DNA from: Candidatus Poribacteria bacterium
GTDB lineage: Bacteria > Poribacteria > WGA-4E > PCPOR2b
Assembly: GCA_965222435.1 (NCBI GenBank)
Contig: OZ244950.1
Coordinates: 1,185,915 to 1,249,914 of the forward strand
DNA length: 64,000 bases
Direction of reading: 5' to 3'
Of this stretch, positions 22,059 to 32,114 are shown in pieces; the first letter of the stretch is position 1, and each line of letters begins with the position of its first letter. The notes beneath the pieces are model-generated. The model worked only from the letters and a program-made list of their open reading frames with translations, was not told the DNA's origin and did no database searches. A program made the position numbers and the translations under genes.

Positions 22059-25000
22059 CTTTTAATCGAACCATTGTGGAATTGAAACCGAAGAAAAGCA
22101 GCAAGCGAGCGGAATGGCAGAGCGGCTTTTAATCGAACCATTGTGGAATTGAAACACTACCCTACCGTTGTTAAGACCAACACCTCCTTTTTCTTTTAAT
22201 CGAACCATTGTGGAATTGAAACCTTGCTGGCTGCCGTATTCGTTACGAATCTCGTCCACTTTTAATCGAACCATTGTGGAATTGAAACCCGGTTTTGTGC
22301 TAAAGATTGTTGATAAGACTAGAACTTTTAATCGAACCATTGTGGAATTGAAACCGGATTTGCCGTCTGCTCCGCCTCAGTTGATAGATTTCTTTTAATC
22401 GAACCATTGTGGAATTGAAACACTTTTCTCCATTGGCTTTCCGTGAAGCTTCCTTGAACTTTTAATCGAACCATTGTGGAATTGAAACTTTTCCATACAA
22501 GTATGATAAACCATAATCAACACACTTTTAATCGAACCATTGTGGAATTGAAACTTCATCTAATCGTGGATCGCCCATTGAGACTAGTGCACTTTTAATC
22601 GAACCATTGTGGAATTGAAACAATCTCCCGTAGCAGCGGCTAACAAAACAATCACGGCTTTTAATCGAACCATTGTGGAATTGAAACAGAGATAATAAGC
22701 CAAGATAGTCTTAACCTTGATAGTACTTTTAATCGAACCATTGTGGAATTGAAACTTTCCTCTACCGTCTTGTGCTATCAAACCGGCTAAACTTTTAATC
22801 GAACCATTGTGGAATTGAAACCCGCTTATCCATATCCAGCTTCCGCACAACTCGACACTTTTAATCGAACCATTGTGGAATTGAAACACTGGCATAGGAT
22901 GCGACGGATGCCTCCAGACTTGCACTTTTAATCGAACCATTGTGGAATTGAAACTGCGTACCGTTTCACCGTCTAGATCAACATCTTCATTCTTTTAATC
23001 GAACCATTGTGGAATTGAAACGTTTTAAGTTGTTTTATGTGTTGTCCTTTGTTGGTGTCTTTTAATCGAACCATTGTGGAATTGAAACCTGAATTCTTGG
23101 CTATAGGAAATGTCAATTTAGCCGTCTTTTAATCGAACCATTGTGGAATTGAAACACGGTATAACATTGGTATATCTCCCTATTGTGTTGCCTTTTAATC
23201 GAACCATTGTGGAATTGAAACTTGTGTATCTCCCTATATGCGTTTATAGCCCGCGTGCTTTTAATCGAACCATTGTGGAATTGAAACACAATGCAATTTA
23301 TCAATGTTAATACGCATATAGGGACTTTTAATCGAACCATTGTGGAATTGAAACAGTGGCTAGCGTTTGTAAATTGGCTATCATGCTATTCTTTTAATCG
23401 AACCATTGTGGAATTGAAACGTTAAAAAGTCATCACGCCATGAAACATCCTCTACACTTTTAATCGAACCATTGTGGAATTGAAACTGATTATATCTCCC
23501 TGTTTATAGTCCAGTGGACTTTACTTTTAATCGAACCATTGTGGAATTGAAACACAGTCTGCCAATTGATAGTTTGGATGATGCGACTACTTTTAATCGA
23601 ACCATTGTGGAATTGAAACATTGTAATCTGTTTTCCTAATCCACGTGCCGTCTGGCTTTTAATCGAACCATTGTGGAATTGAAACTTTTATCTCTCCCTA
23701 TAATTAAGATTTTGTTTGCCGTCTTTTAATCGAACCATTGTGGAATTGAAACTTTACCATGATATACATACGCTCTGCTATAGCGTCTACTTTTAATCGA
23801 ACCATTGTGGAATTGAAACATAGTAACCAATGTCTGACCATGTTCGCCGCTTGTAACTTTTAATCGAACCATTGTGGAATTGAAACTGAAGTAAGTGATT
23901 CTTATTTGACTACTACGTTAGACTTTTAATCGAACCATTGTGGAATTGAAACAATCTATATCATACTCATTGCCCGAAACTGCTCTGACTTTTAATCGAA
24001 CCATTGTGGAATTGAAACTTTATCCTTTATAGTTATATCAGAAACGGATAATCACCTTTTAATCGAACCATTGTGGAATTGAAACGATGATCTGACTCTC
24101 CAAGCGTTTCCACTGCGATCCTCTTTTAATCGAACCATTGTGGAATTGAAACATGGCACGCCGTAAAAATCCCTTTAAGCCATCCCGACTTTTAATCGAA
24201 CCATTGTGGAATTGAAACCTTGCTTCTCTGCGAACAGATCCAATTGCATATCCTACTTTTAATCGAACCATTGTGGAATTGAAACACTCATCTATCACCT
24301 TTCCTGCTTCTCCTACTTGGTGCCTTTTAATCGAACCATTGTGGAATTGAAACATGTTTCTTATGACGACATACGCGCCGTTGCGAAACCCTTTTAATCG
24401 AACCATTGTGGAATTGAAACTGGGTTTCGCCACTTTCACGTCCAAACTCTTGAGAACTTTTAATCGAACCATTGTGGAATTGAAACTTCTATGAGAAACT
24501 TGGATTTGAACGGACAGGATAAACTTTTAATCGAACCATTGTGGAATTGAAACTGGTGTAAAGTGATGCGCCATATTGCAAAGCCCGCTGCTTTTAATCG
24601 AACCATTGTGGAATTGAAACAACGAATTTACAAGAAGTGATGGACGTCCGTCTGCGGCTTTTAATCGAACCATTGTGGAATTGAAACTCAACCAGTTCGA
24701 TCTCGCGCCCTTGATAGAGAAGTCTTTTAATCGAACCATTGTGGAATTGAAACACGATTTCGACGGTTTCGGTTTCAACGTGGACTGGTCTTTTAATCGA
24801 ACCATTGTGGAATTGAAACATGCCAATCGCATTGACTGCCTGCTTCGCAGTCATGACTTTTAATCGAACCATTGTGGAATTGAAACACGGACGATAAGCC
24901 CACAGAACTATCTGAACCCTACCTTTTAATCGAACCATTGTGGAATTGAAACATACCAGCATCCCCTACGGCATCTTCGATGATGACACTTTTAATCGAA

Positions 25001-26821
25001 CCATTGTGGAATTGAAACTCTGTGATGCCTTCGATTTTGATTGTCTCTCGTATCACTTTTAATCGAACCATTGTGGAATTGAAACCAGGCTTGCCACTGT
25101 CATCTACGATGACCACATGCCACCTTTTAATCGAACCATTGTGGAATTGAAACTAGCTCACACTGCCGACCCTTGACCCCCAGTTGTCATCTTTTAATCG
25201 AACCATTGTGGAATTGAAACTCCCCTACCGCATCTTCGATGACTACCGACAATTCCGCTTTTAATCGAACCATTGTGGAATTGAAACATTTTCGCTCACT
25301 ATTATAACCTACCACGCCCCGAACTTTTAATCGAACCATTGTGGAATTGAAACCTCTTGCCCGTTATGCTTCGCAATAGCCTGATTAAGCTTTTAATCGA
25401 ACCATTGTGGAATTGAAACATTACTTGCGCGTAGGGCGTGGGCACGCACCAAACCTCTTTTAATCGAACCATTGTGGAATTGAAACTTGCTATGTTGTCG
25501 GCAAACTTTTTATCGCCCAGTTCTCTTTTAATCGAACCATTGTGGAATTGAAACCTGCTGCAAGTGTGATTTGTTGGTTGCTCGTATCCACCTTTTAATC
25601 GAACCATTGTGGAATTGAAACATAGCACGGGTGCCGAACTCAGGGAATCCCGCTTCTCTTTTAATCGAACCATTGTGGAATTGAAACCTCCCCGGCACCA
25701 CCGACTCCAAAGCGTTCAGCAACCCTTTTAATCGAACCATTGTGGAATTGAAACGCGTCCTTGAAAATGCCGCCGCCGTACATTGCAGGCACCTTTTAAT
25801 CGAACCATTGTGGAATTGAAACAACGGCGTTTATTTTCTGAATCAATGGTATAACCTTCTTTTAATCGAACCATTGTGGAATTGAAACAGAAAATCCTTA
25901 TCATCTGTCCCGCCTCCCTCCGCCTTTTAATCGAACCATTGTGGAATTGAAACGTGGTTTCCCACCGGCGCTGCTTTGGATTCCAATTGAGGCTTTTAAT
26001 CGAACCATTGTGGAATTGAAACTAGTTTACTCATCTTGCCTGCTGTCTAAAACTGTTTCTTTTAATCGAACCATTGTGGAATTGAAACTTGCCAGAATGG
26101 ACGGGCAACGCGATAGAGACCTCCGCCTTTTAATCGAACCATTGTGGAATTGAAACATCATCGTACCGGTCTGCGCTACAATATTTTTGTTGACTTTTAA
26201 TCGAACCATTGTGGAATTGAAACTCATACTCGAATTAAAAAGGGGTTGCCAACAGTAAACTTTTAATCGAACCATTGTGGAATTGAAACGCTTTACGTCC
26301 TAGCTGGTTATTTCCAAAGAAGCATGCTTTTAATCGAACCATTGTGGAATTGAAACTTGGAAGATCATCGTTTCGTTTTCTCGTTCCGTGTGACTTTTAA
26401 TCGAACCATTGTGGAATTGAAACAACGCTGTGAACGAGATGTCGATTCAGAGTTTACGTCTTTTAATCGAACCATTGTGGAATTGAAACGAAATCTGCAA
26501 AAATTGAGTTTTTGGCTATTCTGAAACTTTTAATCGAACCATTGTGGAATTGAAACAACGCTGTGAACGAGATGTCGATTCAGAGTTTACGTCTTTTAAT
26601 CGAACCATTGTGGAATTGAAACGAAGTCTGCAAAAATTGAGTTTTTGGCTATTCTGAAACTTTTAATCGAACCATTGTGGAATTGAAACATTGTCAAGCA
26701 AAAAGATAAGATTGTGAAAATGACGCTTTTAATCGAACCATTGTGGAATTGAAACACGCCTTAGGCAATGTGCCCATAGTCCCCAGATCGGCTTTTAATC
26801 GAACCATTGTGGAATTGAAAC
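22059..26821 (+). CRISPR. CRISPR array: 72 copies of the 30-bp repeat CTTTTAATCGAACCATTGTGGAATTGAAAC and 71 spacers (35-39 bp)
   Basis: I located each repeat start by hand (22059, 22126, ... 26792; period 65-69) and noticed no degenerate repeats. The repeat ends in ATTGAAAC (the 8-nt 5'-handle), and the leader is on the cas2 side, so transcription is on the + strand. Confidence 0.97.
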
Positions 26822-26866
26822 AAAAAAAGAGCCGATGGAACAAGAGAGTTCCACCGGCTCTTTTTA
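26822..26866. terminator. Bidirectional intrinsic terminator between the array and the convergent CARF effector gene
   Basis: An A7 tract, the stem AGAGCCGaTGGAAC-aagaga-GTTCCAcCGGCTCT, then a T5 tract. Confidence 0.7.
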
Positions 26867-26900
26867 TTGACCGCTATAGAATAGTTTTAGATCCGCGACG

Positions 26901-28037
26901 CTACGGATTGTTGTACACGTAATCATGCCCTCCATAGTGCCGAAGAGTCAATCCACCGTCAACAACCTCGCAGCTGACGCGGATAGCTTGGGTAATACGG
27001 AACTTGTAGATACCGTCAATCTTCATGAATCGTTCAAATTGCAGTCCCCCATCTTGTCTAAGCGGTGCTAGGTTGCCGTTGCTCTTTTCGAGGGTATATG
27101 CGACCTTTGCTAAGGTCTCTTGCAGTTTGAGAAGTGTCTTGGGGGCATTCTCACGGTTGAAATCATCGCGGAAAGCTCTGGTGTACTCCAATCGTGGGAA
27201 CGGCAATAGGCCTTCTACCAATACATCCGCTTTCGTCCGATTCCAAATCAAGGTCCCCCACGCCGATAACCCCGTATCGGTTTCGTCATCCCCTTCCTCC
27301 AGAAATTCAAGCAGCGTCTCCGGGATGTCTCTGAGTTCCCGACGCGGATACAACTTCCCAGCAGCCATCAGCGCAAATTCCGTCCGATGTTTCTGAATCA
27401 CTGCCGTATCAATCTGAATCGGCAGGCGCGGAATCGTGATTAGGTCCGCAGTTTCCGCCTCAAAGATGTAGATCACCTCATCGGCGTAAAACGCACCGAA
27501 AGTATTCATGTAACCTTGCAAACTTTTGAAGCCTCCAACGAGATTGAAAATAACACGATAGCCGCTGTCACGTTGCCCCGGCACGTTATCTTCCAACCAC
27601 CGAATCAGTTCCTTTATCCCTGCGGTGAAAGCAGCGGTATCCTTTGTCGAAAGTCCTTCAGGCGTGACGATATATGCGTTAAGCCCCTGATCCACAAGGA
27701 AGTCTCGAATCAGTTCGCCCGTCTTTTGTCCTTGTGCGGTATCCGTGCAGATAAGATGGTGCTGATCAGGACTGTTTTGCGGCAATCTACCGTTGTAGAT
27801 GCCGTAGATGCCGTTCAGTTCGGCACTGATTCGACGGTTTATTTGAGTGTCATCTTCTAGGAGTTTATCCAATGCCCGGTCAGCAAGTGTATCGATCACC
27901 GCTTTCGCCTCTGGGGGCAGATCATCCACTTTGTGGTTTGCCGAATCGCGCAGCAGACGCCGCCATTCGCTGGGATCGTCGTTATTAATCTGATTAGTCA
28001 GACTGCTGGTCCCGATGGTTGATAAAACGAAACGCAT
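26901..28037 (-). CDS. CARF-domain effector (Cas_APE2256/Csm6-like N-terminus) with a RelE/ParE-like C-terminal domain (Cami1-like candidate)
   Basis: N-terminus MRFVLSTIGTSSLTN. C-terminus GIYKFRITQAIRVSCEVVDGGLTLRHYGGHDYVY resembles the RelE-fold core. An RHYGGH (R-x4-H) string is also present. Confidence 0.75.
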   Translation of the reverse strand: MRFVLSTIGTSSLTNQINNDDPSEWRRLLRDSANHKVDDLPPEAKAVIDTLADRALDKLLEDDTQINRRISAELNGIYGIYNGRLPQNSPDQHHLICTDTAQGQKTGELIRDFLVDQGLNAYIVTPEGLSTKDTAAFTAGIKELIRWLEDNVPGQRDSGYRVIFNLVGGFKSLQGYMNTFGAFYADEVIYIFEAETADLITIPRLPIQIDTAVIQKHRTEFALMAAGKLYPRRELRDIPETLLEFLEEGDDETDTGLSAWGTLIWNRTKADVLVEGLLPFPRLEYTRAFRDDFNRENAPKTLLKLQETLAKVAYTLEKSNGNLAPLRQDGGLQFERFMKIDGIYKFRITQAIRVSCEVVDGGLTLRHYGGHDYVYNNP

Positions 28038-28146
28038 AATCGCGCCTCCAATTATTGGTGTATATTTGCTGTGGATCTTTCAGGTTCAATCGTTTCCCAA
28101 TCCGTGTTATCCGCACAATCTGCTTAATCCGTGATTCAGACAATGA

Positions 28147-29517
28147 TTAGCTCTCCTGAAACCGAAACGCAAACAGATCCGCATCCTTGACGGCGAAGCG
28201 TAACCGCACCGGCTGACCCGCCAACGAGTGCAGATCTCCCCCACCCTCCCACTTGACTGTACCATCAATCTCGTCACCGAATATTTCAAGACAGTCATCT
28301 AGCGTGAAGCCCGGCTGCGGGTGCCCTTCCGCATCCTGGATCTCAACCCGAACAAATCCCACCGCTGATGTCGAAAAGTTCAATCTCAGGCTGTCACCCG
28401 TGAAAATCAACGGACGGGTGATAAACTCACCCCCGACGTACCCTGCGCGGACCGACACAAACCCATCCGTTCGGAGCGAGAATCGGCGAATATGAACACT
28501 CGGCAGCCGCCAGTTTGCCATGCTGTATAGCGAGATTTCTTCGGGCGAGGTTTGGAGAATACCCCGTTCCATGTAAATCCCGCGCTCATGCCAGTTGCCC
28601 GCATCGAGTCCGGGACGGACAAAAGCCTCCATAAAGCTGCGATCGAAGTGGATTCCATCGCGGCTCGACATAAACACAATGTCATTCACACCCGGACCGT
28701 ATTCCCAATCCGAAACCGGCTCACGTTCTGGCACAAAGCGCGCAGGAAACATCAGGTACATCCCCGGCGCACGTTCGTAAGGGACGCAGGCGTTGGTGTA
28801 GAGATGTTCAAAAGGAGTCTCATCGGCGTCAATTGATTCAAGCGGTGTCCACTGGCGAAAGTCTTTGGAGGTTGTGCGTCGAATCCAGCGCACCCCATTT
28901 TTGAAGTTGCCCCTACCCGCCACACCCCGCGTATAGGCGACATATTCCTCCCGTTCCGCGTCCCAGAAAGCGATGTTATGCGAATCAAATGGTCGGTCGG
29001 TCAAGATTGGTTCGTCCTGCATCAATCGCCAGCGGAGACCGTCCGGCGAGACCAACGCGAGTATATCGCCGGTACGCACGATAGCTTTATACCGTTCTTC
29101 ATCCGGCGCATCGGGATTGAGATCAAGGAACGGCGACATATTGTTACCCGGTCCCGTCCAAACGAGGTTGTTGTCCTTTGAGCCTTGAAATTCAATCAGA
29201 CCGAGTCGCGGCTTTTCCCAGTGAACTCCGTCCGTGCTTTCAGCGTAGGCGATGAGCGGCAGACGCTCACCACGAATTGGCATCTCCTGATCACAGCGAT
29301 ACCACGCACGGAAACGGTCGCCCTCGCGAAACGTTACCATGTAGGAGACGCCGCCCCGTTCCCATGGATGTTCGGCGGAAATTACAATCTCACGACGCGC
29401 AGGTTCATGCAACGGCCGCGTGACATCAATCGCTTCAGTAATCCAGAAATCGTCCACGAATAGTTGACGATCTGTGCCGATGTGGATAGGTGTGCTGTCA
29501 TTATCATGTCGTGCCAT
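28147..29517 (-). CDS. Beta-propeller glycoside-hydrolase-like protein (family not assigned)
   Basis: The fold assignment is an impression only. The start was moved to MARHDND after a GAGGG RBS, because the track start (29580) lies inside a REP hairpin. Confidence 0.45.
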   Translation of the reverse strand: MARHDNDSTPIHIGTDRQLFVDDFWITEAIDVTRPLHEPARREIVISAEHPWERGGVSYMVTFREGDRFRAWYRCDQEMPIRGERLPLIAYAESTDGVHWEKPRLGLIEFQGSKDNNLVWTGPGNNMSPFLDLNPDAPDEERYKAIVRTGDILALVSPDGLRWRLMQDEPILTDRPFDSHNIAFWDAEREEYVAYTRGVAGRGNFKNGVRWIRRTTSKDFRQWTPLESIDADETPFEHLYTNACVPYERAPGMYLMFPARFVPEREPVSDWEYGPGVNDIVFMSSRDGIHFDRSFMEAFVRPGLDAGNWHERGIYMERGILQTSPEEISLYSMANWRLPSVHIRRFSLRTDGFVSVRAGYVGGEFITRPLIFTGDSLRLNFSTSAVGFVRVEIQDAEGHPQPGFTLDDCLEIFGDEIDGTVKWEGGGDLHSLAGQPVRLRFAVKDADLFAFRFQES

Positions 29518-29804
29518 TTTACCCTCTATAAATTGATGGTTATCAACGCTGCTTTCTGCTATAATTATGGTAGTAGGCATACTCCGTATGCCGTAACCCT
29601 TATGCCTACGACGGTACGACGGAGCGTGCCCACTACCTTGGACGATTTGCCAGAAATCGAATTTTCTGAAACCACCTCAAGTGCTCCGAATCCCAATCTT
29701 ATCGGGGGAACACGAATTTCTTTCATTTTTCTTTTTAATCCGCGAAAATCTGCGAGATCTGCGTCCGTATCTACTTTTAGAACTGAAGTGTGTAAGTCCT
29801 ATAT

Positions 29805-29832
29805 TTTCACGTTTCACGCATCACGTTTCACG
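29805..29832 (+). repeat. Four tandem heptads TTTCACG TTTCACG CATCACG TTTCACG, ending 15 nt upstream of the sulfatase start codon
   Basis: Read directly. Confidence 0.7.
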
Positions 29833-29847
29833 TTCTTAAGGAATATC

Positions 29848-31308
29848 ATGCCCCAAGCTCGTCCCAATATTATACTGATAATGTGCGATCAGATGCGATG
29901 GGATACCGCTGGCTTCGCGGGGAGTTCCATTGTCCAGACGCCGCATCTGGATCGCTTGACTCAAAGCGGGGTCTGCTTTGAAAATACCTACTGTGCCTCC
30001 CCTGTCTGTTCACCCGCCCGTGCCAGTTGGCTGACGGGACTCTACCCCCACGCCCACCTGCAACTGAAAAATTACGGGCCCGGCTCGGTTGGAAAATGGG
30101 GAAGCTACCTGCCCCCTAACCGCGTGACTATCGGCGATGTCCTCAAATCCGCCGGATATCGCTGCGGCATGGTGGGTCCTTGGCATCTTGGGAACGATCA
30201 CCTCCCCCAGCACGGGTTCGACGATTTTTGGTGCACCTATCGCTATCTCGGCAAAGACTACTCCGATCCACTCTTCGATTCCTTTGATCGCGCGGGAATT
30301 CCCAATCTCTACCTCAAAGACGCTGAAGGGATGACACAATACGGAAATACACTGGAATTTGGGGTGATCACTGACCCTCGACAGCAGCGCACCACTTGGA
30401 CGATAGATCGATCCCTCGAATTTATCCAACAACCGCACGATGCCCCGTTCTTCCTGTTCATAAGTATCAAAGACCCGCACCCGCGCGTCTTGGTGCCACC
30501 CGAACTGGTTGAACTGTATCCAGAAGACCAGATGCCGCTTCCCGCTTCGTTTCGAGATTCCCTTGACGGCAAACCGCTATCTCAAGCGCGTGCAAAATTT
30601 CGCATCCCCCCGACCGTGACCGACGACCAATTTCGTCGAGTGATTGCATACTACTACGCCCTAATTACGCATATTGACATACAGGTTGATCGTCTACTCC
30701 GCGCCCTTGAGACGGGTGGCATCATTCAGGACACGATTGTAGCCTTTATCAGCGACCACGGCGAGATGCTTGGCGACCACGGTTTCACGGAGAAATGCCT
30801 CATGTACGAAGCATCGGTTCGTGTGCCGTGTCTACTCTCTTGGCAGGGGACGTTACCTGCGGAGGCGCGAGTGAAAACACCGTTGGGCGGCGTTGACCTG
30901 ATGCCAACCCTGCTTGCGTTGGCAGGCGAGGAACCACCATCGCCGATTGATGGACGCTCCGTCGCAACAGCAATTCTCGCGGGCGAGGAGCCCACCCCGC
31001 AGCCGGTTTTCGCCGAGATTGCCAGCAATGAAGCAATTTATCGCGGCGCACAGGATCCAGAACAGCTAGCCGCTCACGTGATGATCTACGATGGACGTTG
31101 GAAGTATATCCGCAACCGCTTTGATATTGATGAGTTGTATGACCTAGAGACAGACGCGGGGGAGATGCGAAACCTCGCTGCTCAACCCGAACACCACGAA
31201 CGGGTGGGTTTGATGCGCCGTCAGATCGCTGAGATGGTTTGCCATACCGGTCCTGGTCCCTACGACTGGTGTTTATCTGATGTTGATGAGATGGCTGCGA
31301 CTCAATAA
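29848..31308 (+). CDS. Arylsulfatase (formylglycine-dependent sulfatase family)
   Basis: NIILIMCDQMRWD and the CxPxR motif (CSPARAS). The track start 29464 is rejected in favour of the in-frame ATG at 29848. Confidence 0.85.
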   Translation: MPQARPNIILIMCDQMRWDTAGFAGSSIVQTPHLDRLTQSGVCFENTYCASPVCSPARASWLTGLYPHAHLQLKNYGPGSVGKWGSYLPPNRVTIGDVLKSAGYRCGMVGPWHLGNDHLPQHGFDDFWCTYRYLGKDYSDPLFDSFDRAGIPNLYLKDAEGMTQYGNTLEFGVITDPRQQRTTWTIDRSLEFIQQPHDAPFFLFISIKDPHPRVLVPPELVELYPEDQMPLPASFRDSLDGKPLSQARAKFRIPPTVTDDQFRRVIAYYYALITHIDIQVDRLLRALETGGIIQDTIVAFISDHGEMLGDHGFTEKCLMYEASVRVPCLLSWQGTLPAEARVKTPLGGVDLMPTLLALAGEEPPSPIDGRSVATAILAGEEPTPQPVFAEIASNEAIYRGAQDPEQLAAHVMIYDGRWKYIRNRFDIDELYDLETDAGEMRNLAAQPEHHERVGLMRRQIAEMVCHTGPGPYDWCLSDVDEMAATQ

Positions 31309-32114
31309 TCGGCAACTTCGCAAAATTCAAAAAGCTGCCGTGCCCGCTCCGAAAATCCCTCATACGTCTCCGGTGGCACTTTCGTCGCATGACCAATACT
31401 AATCCACGACAACCCGTAGCAGACCACAATTTCGGGACGCGGTCCGTTGGAGGTGTTGGGTGTGCCACGATGCAATGTGCGGACATCCTGTATCCACATC
31501 GAGCCTTTTTTCATGTTCAGCCGACGGGCGGACGGAAAATTCCCTTGCGTCAGCACATCGTCGTAACGGCTCTCTAGTTCGGGGTTGGCGATATACTGTG
31601 TTGATGGCAGTACCTCGATGCTACCATTCTCCTCTGAAGTATCCACAAGTGGAAATTTGACCCCCAGTATCGGGCAGGTGTCAAGCCCGACATGCGGAAT
31701 CTCCCGTGCCAATCCGGTGTCTCGGTGCCAACGCTGAAACTCGCTTCCCGGGTACGGGTTGTTGGAGTGGAGACACTTGATGTAGAAGTCATCCTTGCCC
31801 CAATAACGCCTGAGAAACTCCAGAATGACCGGATTTTCATACACCCCCGGATCGGCGAACGGCGGCACCCACGGAATGGTCAACGTGTAGCGGTTGATGA
31901 TCTGTTGGCGACCAAAGCCCGCACGCAAGTCCCCCCACTCTTTGTCGGCGAAGCCGGTTTCGCGTGTCCTAACATGTTCCAGCATCGGTATGAACGCCTC
32001 TCGGATGCGATCTACGGTCTCCACAGACAACACATCCTCAATTACCGCGTAGCCGTTGATCCTAAACTCGGCTATCTTTAGATCGAAATCTATGTCCTCA
32101 CATCGTGCAGTCAT
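31302..32114 (-). CDS. PhyH (phytanoyl-CoA dioxygenase) family Fe(II)/2OG oxygenase
   Basis: WHRD...H pattern. The start was moved to MTARCED after the RBS GGAGGA, because the track start 32141 lies in a REP hairpin. Confidence 0.75.
   Translation of the reverse strand: MTARCEDIDFDLKIAEFRINGYAVIEDVLSVETVDRIREAFIPMLEHVRTRETGFADKEWGDLRAGFGRQQIINRYTLTIPWVPPFADPGVYENPVILEFLRRYWGKDDFYIKCLHSNNPYPGSEFQRWHRDTGLAREIPHVGLDTCPILGVKFPLVDTSEENGSIEVLPSTQYIANPELESRYDDVLTQGNFPSARRLNMKKGSMWIQDVRTLHRGTPNTSNGPRPEIVVCYGLSWISIGHATKVPPETYEGFSERARQLFEFCEVADY

Noticed and set aside
22062-26275. More than a dozen track ORFs on both strands inside the array (MVRLK..., FQFHNGSIKS..., FNRTIVELK...).
   Set aside because: They are translations of the 30-bp CRISPR repeat in different frames, not genes.
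26901-27050. The RHYGGH string as a HEPN R-x4-H motif, which would make the effector a classical Csm6.
   Set aside because: It is not fully rejected, but the surrounding sequence looks beta-rich and RelE-like rather than helical. It is kept as the alternative hypothesis in the finding.
29464-29847. N-terminal 128-aa extension of the sulfatase ORF.
   Set aside because: It runs through REP hairpins and heptad repeats. The sulfatase family N-terminus (NIILIMCDQ) starts right after the ATG at 29848.
30800-31486. 228-aa minus-strand ORF overlapping the sulfatase 3' end and the PhyH gene.
   Set aside because: It is antisense or out of frame to two well-supported genes, and its composition is Arg/Pro-rich, typical of spurious frames.
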